In this document: in pieces, positions 38,334 to 46,361 of the stretch
Layout of the letters: each line of letters opens with the position of its first letter
Position numbering within the stretch: the stretch's first letter is position 1
Source: Fibrobacteria bacterium
GTDB lineage: Bacteria > Fibrobacterota > Fibrobacteria > UBA11236 > JADFYW01
Assembly (NCBI GenBank): GCA_050294405.1
Contig: JBNKOC010000012.1
Span: 416,001 to 480,000, forward strand
Direction of reading: 5' to 3'
DNA length: 64,000 bases
The notes under the pieces: generated by a model
Database searches by the model: none
Told to the model about the DNA's origin: nothing
Seen by the model: the letters and a program-made list of their open reading frames with translations, nothing else
Program-made: the position numbers and the translations under genes

Positions 38334-39317
38334 TTAAAAAACGTCAAAAGGCGGCTTACGTAGGTCCAGCATTTTGACTTTTTGGGCCAATTGGATTTCA
38401 ACGGATTTCCCCCTAAATTTTTTTGAGAAATCTTCTCCATCAATTTGGAAAAATTCTTTATCTCCTGCCGTAAATTTTACGGACTTAGCTAAAACATTTT
38501 CTCCCATGCCTTTCATCCAATGAGAAAGGTAGGGGATAAGGCGGGAAAGAGTTTGCCCCAAGGCGTATTTTATGGGGGAGCGAAAAACGGTGATGTTTAT
38601 AAGTCCATCTTCAAAATTTGGAGGAGGGAACGGGCAGCTTCCCCCTGCATAAGAGGGAATATTGGATAACACACAACAAGAAGCGCCCTCTATTTTAAGC
38701 TCGTTTTGTCGGCCATCATACTCGTATTGGAGATTGTATTTGTCTTTAATGCGATAGTTGAAATTTTTTAAAAACAAAACGAAGTAGGCAATCTTATTGG
38801 CCAAAGACCAGGTGGGGAAATTTTTATTACATCGCAATTTATGAAATTTGTGGAGGATGGCGGCGTCCATTCCAAAACTAAAATAAGCGGACAAGGTGTA
38901 CTTTTTATTGATGTTCCAAATATCCAGCTCCACTGAACCTGCCCGCACCAATCTTTTGATACATGCTAATAGTCCTCTTTCCCGGTATACATTATAAATT
39001 CCCAGGGTTCGCCCTAAATCATTGCCGGTTCCCAAGGGAATGAGTCCCACTTCGGTATCTGGAAAGGAATGGATTCGAAGCTGGTTTAAAATAAGGCCCA
39101 TGGTCCCGTCTCCGCCCACTGCAATGACCCGCTTGGAGTTTTTTAAAAGAAAAACTGATTGTTCATCCATTTTCTCGGGATTGGTAAATTCAGCGGTCCA
39201 GTCGCTTTGATGAAAGTCAAAGGCTCGCATAATTTCCGGCAGTTGGTTAAAAACCCTTTTTCCCAATCCATCTCCGCTTACAGGGTTGATTAAAAATGAG
39301 ATGGAAAATTTTTTCAT
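38334..39317 (-). CDS. Diacylglycerol/lipid kinase family protein
   Basis: NPVSG, GGDGT, PLGTGNDL, YFSFGMDA, NIPSYAGG, QIDGE. Confidence 0.88.
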   Translation of the reverse strand: MKKFSISFLINPVSGDGLGKRVFNQLPEIMRAFDFHQSDWTAEFTNPEKMDEQSVFLLKNSKRVIAVGGDGTMGLILNQLRIHSFPDTEVGLIPLGTGNDLGRTLGIYNVYRERGLLACIKRLVRAGSVELDIWNINKKYTLSAYFSFGMDAAILHKFHKLRCNKNFPTWSLANKIAYFVLFLKNFNYRIKDKYNLQYEYDGRQNELKIEGASCCVLSNIPSYAGGSCPFPPPNFEDGLINITVFRSPIKYALGQTLSRLIPYLSHWMKGMGENVLAKSVKFTAGDKEFFQIDGEDFSKKFRGKSVEIQLAQKVKMLDLRKPPFDVF

Positions 39318-39925
39318 GGGGAAGATGTTGAAAAGAGTTTGAAAAATTTAAGGAGAATAAAGTCCTTGATGCGACTGGTTACCTCCCTTAAAGGCGTTCT
39401 TTCTTTTTTTCCTCCGTTAAAACCCTGAACCGAAAGTCCGTAACATTGAATTCCCAAAGACCTGGCGATATATACGGCTCGGGGCAGGTGGTAGGCCTGG
39501 CTAACGATTAGAAGGGAAGCGTTTTTATGGCTGCTTTTAAAATTTTGTATGGATGAGTAGGTGGAAACCCCTCGGGGATCCACGCTTATTTTGTTTTGGG
39601 AGACTCCTTTTTCTTTGGCGTAATCCATCATGGCTAGTGGTTCATTATATCCGTTTGGGATAGAGTGGCCGGAAAAGATAATGGGGATGGAGTCCTTTAA
39701 GTTATGGACAAAAAGCGCCGCCTCCACTCTATTTCTAAGGGTGGGAGAAAGTTTTCCAGAACGAAACACACTGGCCCCAGGCACTAGCACATAATTTAAA
39801 TCTGATAGTTCGTGGGGGTCGGTGTATATATAAGGTCGGGTGGCTGCCAGAATGTAATGGTTAAAAATCCAGCTGCCCACCACTAAAATGGCAATTAATA
39901 AGGCGAGGGATTTTAAATATCTCAC
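39314..39925 (-). CDS. SanA/YdcF (DUF218, ElyC-like) protein
   Basis: VPGAS, YNEP, VSQAYHLPRA, RE. Confidence 0.85.
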   Translation of the reverse strand: MRYLKSLALLIAILVVGSWIFNHYILAATRPYIYTDPHELSDLNYVLVPGASVFRSGKLSPTLRNRVEAALFVHNLKDSIPIIFSGHSIPNGYNEPLAMMDYAKEKGVSQNKISVDPRGVSTYSSIQNFKSSHKNASLLIVSQAYHLPRAVYIARSLGIQCYGLSVQGFNGGKKERTPLREVTSRIKDFILLKFFKLFSTSSP

Positions 39926-40437
39926 GGAGAACCGTTTAAATATTGGTTTTTTACGCCAACATATTTTAAGGACAATTTAAAAATATCTTCTATTTCCGAA
40001 TCGCTCAGCTTTCTTATAAGTTTAGCGGGGGAACCCATGATTAAACTTCCAGGAGGAAAAGATTTGTCTTTTGGCACCAGGGTTCCAGCTGCAATTAAAG
40101 AGTTGTCTCCCACTTGGCAACCGTCTAATAAAATCGATCCCATGCCCACTAAGACGCTGTTTCCAACTTTGCAGGCGTGAATGCAACATTGATGCCCCAC
40201 CGATACATTGTCTCCAATTTCCACGCCAAGAGGAGTGGAAACATGGATAACAGAATTGTCCTGGATGTTAGTGCTTTTTCCCAGCTGGATACTGTTGATA
40301 TCCCCCCTTAAAGTACAATTAAAAAAAACGGAGCTTTCTTCTCCTAAATAAACCTGCCCAATTATATCGGCGCTTGGCGCGATAAAATTACTGGGGCCAA
40401 TTTGGGGACGATAATCTTGAAAATTTAAAATAGCCAT
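39922..40437 (-). CDS. Gamma carbonic anhydrase family (YrdA-like) hexapeptide-repeat protein
   Basis: LRGDINSI..G..TNIQDNSVIH, VGH, IH. Confidence 0.9.
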   Translation of the reverse strand: MAILNFQDYRPQIGPSNFIAPSADIIGQVYLGEESSVFFNCTLRGDINSIQLGKSTNIQDNSVIHVSTPLGVEIGDNVSVGHQCCIHACKVGNSVLVGMGSILLDGCQVGDNSLIAAGTLVPKDKSFPPGSLIMGSPAKLIRKLSDSEIEDIFKLSLKYVGVKNQYLNGSP

Positions 40438-40500
40438 AATAGTATATGGCGATTAAAATAGACAAAGGACTGGACTCACACAAGTACCAGTCCCCTTTTA

Positions 40501-40624
40501 GGGCGTCTCTAAAAATTGGGCGTCGCGGGCTCCTTCAAGCTCGCCGGGCTATCAATTTAAGCATCCTCGGTTCGTCATCGTGAGCCTCGCTCACAACCAC
40601 GATCATCAATTTTAAAAGATGCCC
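40501..40624 (-). mobile_element. MITE/RPE-like non-autonomous repeat, copy 2
   Basis: Imperfect 18-bp TIRs GGGCGTCTCTAAAAATTG / CAATTTTAAAAGATGCCC. Homologous to 23332-23564. Confidence 0.7.
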
Positions 40625-40630
40625 GTAGAA

Positions 40631-41077
40631 TCAATCGCTACATTTAAAAGATTTTGGCGCAAATTGAACCAATTCTGATTCTTCAAACCAATATCCAATT
40701 TCCCTTTGTGCGCTTTCCGGAGAGTCGGAAGAGTGCACGATATTTTTCCCAACATCGGGGGCAAAATCAAAGCGGATGGTGCCTGGATCTGCATTGTCGG
40801 GGTTGGTGGCTCCGTTAATGGTGCGGGCGGCGCTTATGGCTTTTTCACCGTAAAGCACGGCCACTACTGCGGGGCCTGAAGACATAAAATCAACCAGCCC
40901 ATCAAAAAAAGGTTTGCCTTCATGTTCTGCATAAAAACCGGCGAATTTTTCTTTTGAAAAATGGCCAATGCGAATTCCCCGTAGAGATAATCGTGACTTT
41001 TCATAGCGACCCAGGATTTCCCCGACCAGACCACTGGCTACCCCATTGGGTTTAATCATAATAAATGTGGATTCCAT
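40631..41077 (-). CDS. ndk: Nucleoside diphosphate kinase
   Basis: TFIMIKP, GATNP, PGTIR, NIVHSSDS. Confidence 0.97.
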   Translation of the reverse strand: MESTFIMIKPNGVASGLVGEILGRYEKSRLSLRGIRIGHFSKEKFAGFYAEHEGKPFFDGLVDFMSSGPAVVAVLYGEKAISAARTINGATNPDNADPGTIRFDFAPDVGKNIVHSSDSPESAQREIGYWFEESELVQFAPKSFKCSD

Positions 41078-41197
41078 ATTTGTTCCTTTCTTTTTTACTC
41101 AAGTTATGAAATTTTAGGAAAATCCTCAAAACCCGGATTGTTTGGTGTTTGAAATAACATGGCAATTTAATGTTAAAACATTATATTTTGCCCCAAA

Positions 41198-41273
41198 GCG
41201 GATTTAGCTCAGTTGGTAGAGCTCTTGCTTCCCAAGCAAGTGGTCGTCGGTTCGAGTCCGATAATCCGCTCCA
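41198..41273 (+). tRNA. tRNA-Gly(CCC)
   Basis: 76 nt GCGGATT...AATCCGC-T-CCA. Anticodon arm CTTGC-TTCCCAA-GCAAG, GTTCGA T-loop. Confidence 0.97.
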
Positions 41274-41364
41274 TTTTAAGCTCGCAAATTCGGTATTGTT
41301 CTCGTCGGAGTATAGTCATACACCTCCTCGAACGGCTTTGAATTTGCGGCTTAAAATGGAGCGG
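41266..41364. repeat. Long inverted repeat overlapping the tRNA 3' end
   Basis: CCGCTCCATTTTAAGCTCGCAAATTC (41266-41291) pairs with GAATTTGCGGCTTAAAATGGAGCGG (41340-41364), one bulge. Confidence 0.85.
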
Positions 41365-41429
41365 TTCCCTTCCCAATTTTGGAGTAATCTCTTCCTTGTT
41401 TTCGTCGCAGTGGACAACCACAGCCTTTT

Positions 41430-42461
41430 TTAAGTCTGTTCCAGGTCCTGGTAATCGCCGTAGTTTTCGATGGGCTCGCCAGTTTTAGATTTTTTGTCGA
41501 TACTGGCTATGTGAAATATGGCATCCCCCTGGTTTACAAGAGGCATGGTGGCCCTTCCTATAATTACGCCCGCGGTACTGGCCCTCACCTGATGGTTGTA
41601 ATCTCCTAACGGGGAAGATATGGTGCCAAGCAATTCACCCTCTTCAATTTGACGGCCCAGTTTTCCCTGAATGCTGAGTAAACCACTGTGAGGAGCCCGA
41701 ATCCAGCCGCTGGAAAATGTTAGTATGGGAGGTTTTGCGGGTTGTTCTTTTTTTGTTTTAGGGCTGTTTTTTTTAACCATCATTCCCAGTTTTTCCATGG
41801 TGGAAAATATTCCCCGCACTCCGGTTCGTATGTATTCTTCATCAAAACGAAGGGCTTCTCCCGCCTCGTAAACAATAACCGGAATGTTATGCTCACTGGC
41901 TGCCTCTCTCATGCTTCCATCTCTGATTTTGGCATCCACAACCACAGGTACTCCAAAATGCAGGGCCATTTTTTTTGCCTGGGCATCTTTTAAGTTGGCT
42001 CGTATTTGAGGCAAATTGGAGCGATGTAAACCTCCTGTGTGCAAATCAATTCCATATTGGCATTTTTTTATTATTTCTTCCAATAACAAATGGGCCATTT
42101 GCGAAGCCAGACTTCCAGTGGGGGAGCCGGGAAAACAGCGGTTTAAATCCCGGCGGTCCGGTAAATATCGCGAATGGGTGTTAAAGCCAAATACATTCAC
42201 TACGGGAATGGCTATTAAGCATCCTCTAATTTGCCTGGGGTTTAAGGAATGGATAATGCGCCTTATGATTTCCACTCCGTTAATTTCATCTCCATGAACA
42301 GCTGCACAAACAAAAATATTTGGCCCCTCTTCCTCACCGGATATCACGTGAACAGGGATCCTCATTTGAGTGGCATCGTACATTTGGGCCACCTTAATAT
42401 CCATAGATATCTGTTGACCTGGAAAAATCTCCACTCCATTAATTTTTAGTATGGGCTTCAT
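41430..42461 (-). CDS. Succinylglutamate desuccinylase/aspartoacylase (M14) family protein
   Basis: HGDEING, DLNRCFPG, IDLHTG, C-terminal biotinyl-like domain. Confidence 0.9.
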   Translation of the reverse strand: MKPILKINGVEIFPGQQISMDIKVAQMYDATQMRIPVHVISGEEEGPNIFVCAAVHGDEINGVEIIRRIIHSLNPRQIRGCLIAIPVVNVFGFNTHSRYLPDRRDLNRCFPGSPTGSLASQMAHLLLEEIIKKCQYGIDLHTGGLHRSNLPQIRANLKDAQAKKMALHFGVPVVVDAKIRDGSMREAASEHNIPVIVYEAGEALRFDEEYIRTGVRGIFSTMEKLGMMVKKNSPKTKKEQPAKPPILTFSSGWIRAPHSGLLSIQGKLGRQIEEGELLGTISSPLGDYNHQVRASTAGVIIGRATMPLVNQGDAIFHIASIDKKSKTGEPIENYGDYQDLEQT

Positions 42462-42535
42462 AAAACCTCAGCTGTTATTCAAAATTTAAAATTATAGAGG
42501 GCCCTTTTCCCAGCAGATAGATAAAAATTAAGAGC

Positions 42536-42570
42536 AAAAAAAAAAAAACCGCTTCTAAAAGAAGCGGTTT
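42536..42570 (-). terminator. Rho-independent terminator
   Basis: AAACCGCTTCT-aaa-AGAAGCGGTTT with a long A tract. Confidence 0.85.
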
Positions 42571-42595
42571 AATATAGCGGTACAAAAAAATCGGA

Positions 42596-44746
42596 TTAGC
42601 TGTCTTCCAGAACAGGCATGAGGGCGCCACCGCTCTCGATGTTTCTTATCATCCAGTCTGCATCATCTGCCAAATCGCATTTTGGATATTTTTCCAAGAG
42701 CTCTTTAAAGGCCGCGATGGCGGGGCCGTCTTTTTTCAGATTCTCGGCAAAAATAAATCCAATCATAAATTGGGCTTTATAGTTATTAGGGCTATCGGGA
42801 TACAAGTACAACAAACGGCGATACTCAGAAAGGGCGTCGTTGTATTTTTCCAGTTCCACATTAACCTGTGCCATTCCCATGCAAATGGAGTCTTGCAAAG
42901 TTTTGTTATCGGGGAAAGCCTCTCGGATTTTCCGATATTGTTTTAAAGCATCATTAAGCTTTCTATCCGTATGTAACTGCTGAGCTGTTTTAAACTCGGC
43001 TTGAGGGTCTGTTAGAGGAGGAATAATAAACATGCTGTCTACAATTTCCACGGAATACTTCTTTTTCAAATTTTCCACGTAATTTTCGAAGGGACGATTT
43101 TGGAACTTGCGCCTTAGATTTTGGAAAATTTTGTATTTAGCCTCATCGAAACTCAATTGGGTGCTGTCTTTCATATACTTTTCAGGATGTATGTTGTATT
43201 CCAGTTTGATTTCCTCTGGGTCAATGGAACGGAAAATAGCGATGGATTTATCCATTTGCGGCATGTATGAGGCATTGGGACTTTCGGGCATAAAATATTC
43301 CCGGTTTTCTTCGAAAGTCTTCGCCAAAGTTGCAGAATCCAGTCCAAAGGATTCTTGTAATACGGAATCCTGGTATACTTTTGACCAGTAGTTATTCATT
43401 TCCATTTCGATAGTGGCATCTAATGTATTGTCGGATAACAGGCCCGCTTCTTTGGCTTCTAAATCAGAAAGCTCCCACAGAATTAAAAAGTCCACCAACT
43501 GCTCCCGTGTATAACGTTGTTGGTAATGAGGAGGGATTTCTTCACGCAATGTGAGAACATCCTGTTCAATAATTTTTCCGTTGGGTTTGTATGTTGCTAA
43601 CACAGCGTCGGGGGCCACATCTTCGCCTTTCTGGCTGAAGAAGTTTTCTTTAACCAGGCTGGCCACGCGTTCGTAAGGCTTTTGCGTTTTGTCCACTTTC
43701 TTCACAACTGCAAAGCTATGCCACATTTTCGATTGTGGGTTGTTTAAGGCTGGAGCCAGCTTTAGGGTTTCGGAAGTTTGCATTAGTGAATCCAGCATGG
43801 GGAAAAGCCTGGGGAACATGCCAATGCCATAGGGAAGGCAATGGGCATTTTTTATAAGACCCACGTACCCGCCATTAGGCTTGGTCCATTCGTTAATGGA
43901 ATATTTTCCGGCAGCCACTTTAAAATCATCCAGAGTTTTAACCCCTTCAAGGGCTTTCATAGCCTTTTCTTCTGTTTCGGTTTCGATATGATAGACTTCA
44001 TAAAGTTCTGCATTCATGTATCTGTCTTTATGTTCTTCGTAAAATGCTTTTAATTCCTCTTCTTTTGCATTGGAATTGGGTTTGTGCATTTCCACAGCGT
44101 ATTTTTCGTTTAAGCGTTCCCGTAAGCCCTGCACCAAATCTCTGCGATACATGCGCACATACATTTTTTCCACCTGATCTCTGTTTTCTTCCAGAGTAGT
44201 GTAGGTAGTGTCTTCCCCTTTGATTTTGGCGAATTGAACTTTATTCTCTTCGTAATAATCTTCCAGATTCACATCTTTAAGCAAATAAGCTTCCACAACC
44301 TGGTTTTCGGCCTTTTCAAAGGGTATCACCTTGTTGGAATCATCTTTAAACATATCCTGATTGTCCTGGTAAAATTTTTCCAGGGTGCTGAGTTTAACTC
44401 CGCCTCTGTTTTCCAGGTGGATTTCCTGGTATTTTTGGCTGATAATTCTTTTGCGAAGGGACTCGGCGCGTGTCGCTAGCTTTTCGATTTTAGTTAAGCC
44501 AGCATCCTGAGCTGCCAAAGTCAATACCTTGGATTCAATTAATGTATTTAGGAAGTCGATGTTTTTTTCTTTATCCGCTTCCTTAAAATCAGTATTACGG
44601 TGCCGGGCTTTAAGGGCAGCCAGCAGATAATTTTCGGTAATTTTATCTTTTCCAACTTTGGCAATGACTTTTGAGTTGTCCGTGGATTTACCGCAACCCA
44701 TTAGCATTGCGCCGGAAAGGGTGAAAATCCCAAGCAGTTTAAACAT
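42596..44746 (-). CDS. Lipoprotein: PpiC-type PPIase/SurA-like chaperone with C-terminal TPR (BamD/CpoB-like)
   Basis: LMGC lipobox, YHI...FKVAAGKYS...GGYVG, TPR helices with YP-D/K motifs. Confidence 0.75.
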   Translation of the reverse strand: MFKLLGIFTLSGAMLMGCGKSTDNSKVIAKVGKDKITENYLLAALKARHRNTDFKEADKEKNIDFLNTLIESKVLTLAAQDAGLTKIEKLATRAESLRKRIISQKYQEIHLENRGGVKLSTLEKFYQDNQDMFKDDSNKVIPFEKAENQVVEAYLLKDVNLEDYYEENKVQFAKIKGEDTTYTTLEENRDQVEKMYVRMYRRDLVQGLRERLNEKYAVEMHKPNSNAKEEELKAFYEEHKDRYMNAELYEVYHIETETEEKAMKALEGVKTLDDFKVAAGKYSINEWTKPNGGYVGLIKNAHCLPYGIGMFPRLFPMLDSLMQTSETLKLAPALNNPQSKMWHSFAVVKKVDKTQKPYERVASLVKENFFSQKGEDVAPDAVLATYKPNGKIIEQDVLTLREEIPPHYQQRYTREQLVDFLILWELSDLEAKEAGLLSDNTLDATIEMEMNNYWSKVYQDSVLQESFGLDSATLAKTFEENREYFMPESPNASYMPQMDKSIAIFRSIDPEEIKLEYNIHPEKYMKDSTQLSFDEAKYKIFQNLRRKFQNRPFENYVENLKKKYSVEIVDSMFIIPPLTDPQAEFKTAQQLHTDRKLNDALKQYRKIREAFPDNKTLQDSICMGMAQVNVELEKYNDALSEYRRLLYLYPDSPNNYKAQFMIGFIFAENLKKDGPAIAAFKELLEKYPKCDLADDADWMIRNIESGGALMPVLEDS

Positions 44747-44842
44747 GCAAAATTCTCCTAATTATTTCGTAAAAATAAGGTTTTAAAATAGCAATATTTC
44801 AAAATATTGCCCCCTTAGAAGCAGGTTGTAAGATATTAAAAA

Positions 44843-45199
44843 TTAGCTTAAAGAGCCAACTGCCTTATCAATATCGTCGTAAATCTCGAGGAGGGAGGTG
44901 GCCCCGATAATCTCGATGATTTCGTATACGTTTTCATTGATATTTGCAATTTTAAAACAGCCGTTTTTTTCTTTAGCGGCACGGCTTATATGGAGCAGGA
45001 TACCCAAACCAGTACTGTTAACATAACGCAATAGCTTGAAATCGGCAATTATTCTGGTAAAACCCTGCTCAAACAATTCAGTAACTTGCTTAAGAGCCAA
45101 TTCCACATTGGTGGCATCCAAATCTCCGATAAAGCGGATAATCTTAGCATCCTGGATGTTGTCCACATCGGAAATTTGAAGATCTATTGGGGTATCCAT
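44843..45199 (-). CDS. STAS domain anti-sigma factor antagonist
   Basis: GDLDA, LRYVNSTGLGIL. Confidence 0.9.
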   Translation of the reverse strand: MDTPIDLQISDVDNIQDAKIIRFIGDLDATNVELALKQVTELFEQGFTRIIADFKLLRYVNSTGLGILLHISRAAKEKNGCFKIANINENVYEIIEIIGATSLLEIYDDIDKAVGSLS

Positions 45200-45348
45200 G
45201 TTTAATCAACCTCGTGTGCCATTAAAATAGTATCAATTTTCGAAACTCAAAATAACAATTTAACAGGAACTTGTAGTTTTTAAAATGCCGAGAAGCAAAA
45301 CTTTCACATTTTTTTCTTCTGTTTGGGTTTTTTTCTGCATTTGTGCTG

Positions 45349-45936
45349 TTAATCTATAAATTTAAACCCTGCCATGCTTTGGCGAATCCGGTTGGCTGTC
45401 TTTTCTGCAATTTTTTCTAAAAGCTCTTCGATTAACTTGTTTTTTTCCAAGGCATTTAAAAATCGCTGGGGATCTTTTGTTTGCGCCCGACTAAATGCTT
45501 TTTTGTATTCGGATTGGGCTTCCAGATTTCCTGCAAAGATAAACTCGCCGCTTTGGGTATTTAAAATGGAAAGTTCCACTTTAGCTTCGAGAATTATTTT
45601 TCGGCCCATGAGAGGCCACCAGGTATTTTCCGCAGACCAGAAAAATTTGTGCAAAAAGACTTCTGTTACTACCAGTGTGCCCAAGGCATCCCGGATTTTT
45701 TCCTGTTCCGTTTCATTGGGCAATTGAGTGGTGAGTATTTTTTTAATTTGCAAATCCTGAATTTCCCTAGGGGATAATTGGTCTAAGTTTTTCAAATCTT
45801 CCAACTTTTCGCGGATGAGCTTATCGAGTTTTTCATTGAGATCGGGCTGGTAATTGGTTTTGACTTTTAAAAAAGCAAAGGAAACCGGGGCTGAAAAACC
45901 CCAACTCAGCAAAAAAAGAAAAAAGCAAATGCGCAT
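45349..45936 (-). CDS. Hypothetical exported protein
   Basis: Signal peptide. Overlaps the upstream stop codon. Confidence 0.55.
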   Translation of the reverse strand: MRICFFLFLLSWGFSAPVSFAFLKVKTNYQPDLNEKLDKLIREKLEDLKNLDQLSPREIQDLQIKKILTTQLPNETEQEKIRDALGTLVVTEVFLHKFFWSAENTWWPLMGRKIILEAKVELSILNTQSGEFIFAGNLEAQSEYKKAFSRAQTKDPQRFLNALEKNKLIEELLEKIAEKTANRIRQSMAGFKFID

Positions 45937-46217
45937 TATTTTTTGGTCCCCAGTTTTTGATCCAACCTGTATACCATGGCAATGACTTCTGCCACAATTT
46001 CGTACAGCTCTTCTGGAATAGTGCCCCCAACTTGAACTTTTTTCAGCAATACGGCAAGTTTTGGGTCTTTATGGATGGGAATATCCAGTTCTTTTGCCTT
46101 TTTGAGAATAGAATCTGCGATAACTCCAGAACCAGAGGCAACCACGATGGGCTCTTTATCTTCTAAGTATTTGTATTTGAGGGCAACTGCTATTTTCTGT
46201 AAATTTCCTGTAATCAT
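45936..46217 (-). CDS. Stand-alone FlhB C-terminal domain (EscU/YscU/FlhX/YlqH-like)
   Basis: AVALKY...P.VVASG.G..A..I...A....IP, IPEELYEIVAEV. Confidence 0.88.
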   Translation of the reverse strand: MITGNLQKIAVALKYKYLEDKEPIVVASGSGVIADSILKKAKELDIPIHKDPKLAVLLKKVQVGGTIPEELYEIVAEVIAMVYRLDQKLGTKK

Positions 46218-46361
46218 AGGCAGTTTGGGAAATATTCAATAATTTGCTTTAAAAAGGGTTTCCTTTTTAGCTGAGCTACTGTAAAAAATGGCCTGTAAAT
46301 TCTTTTTAATTATAAAATGTATAGCCCTTCTTGATTTTCCTTTTATTGGGCTTATAAATCC

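Noticed and set aside
41170..41433. 87-aa and 70-aa ORFs
   Set aside because: They overlap the tRNA-Gly and the palindrome, so they are spurious.
41274..42461. Genomic island at tRNA-Gly
   Set aside because: No integrase and no direct repeat of the tRNA 3' end was seen. Only an inverted copy is present.
45200..45222. TGGCAC sigma54-like site upstream of the STAS gene
   Set aside because: The -12 spacing is wrong and it overlaps the RBS.
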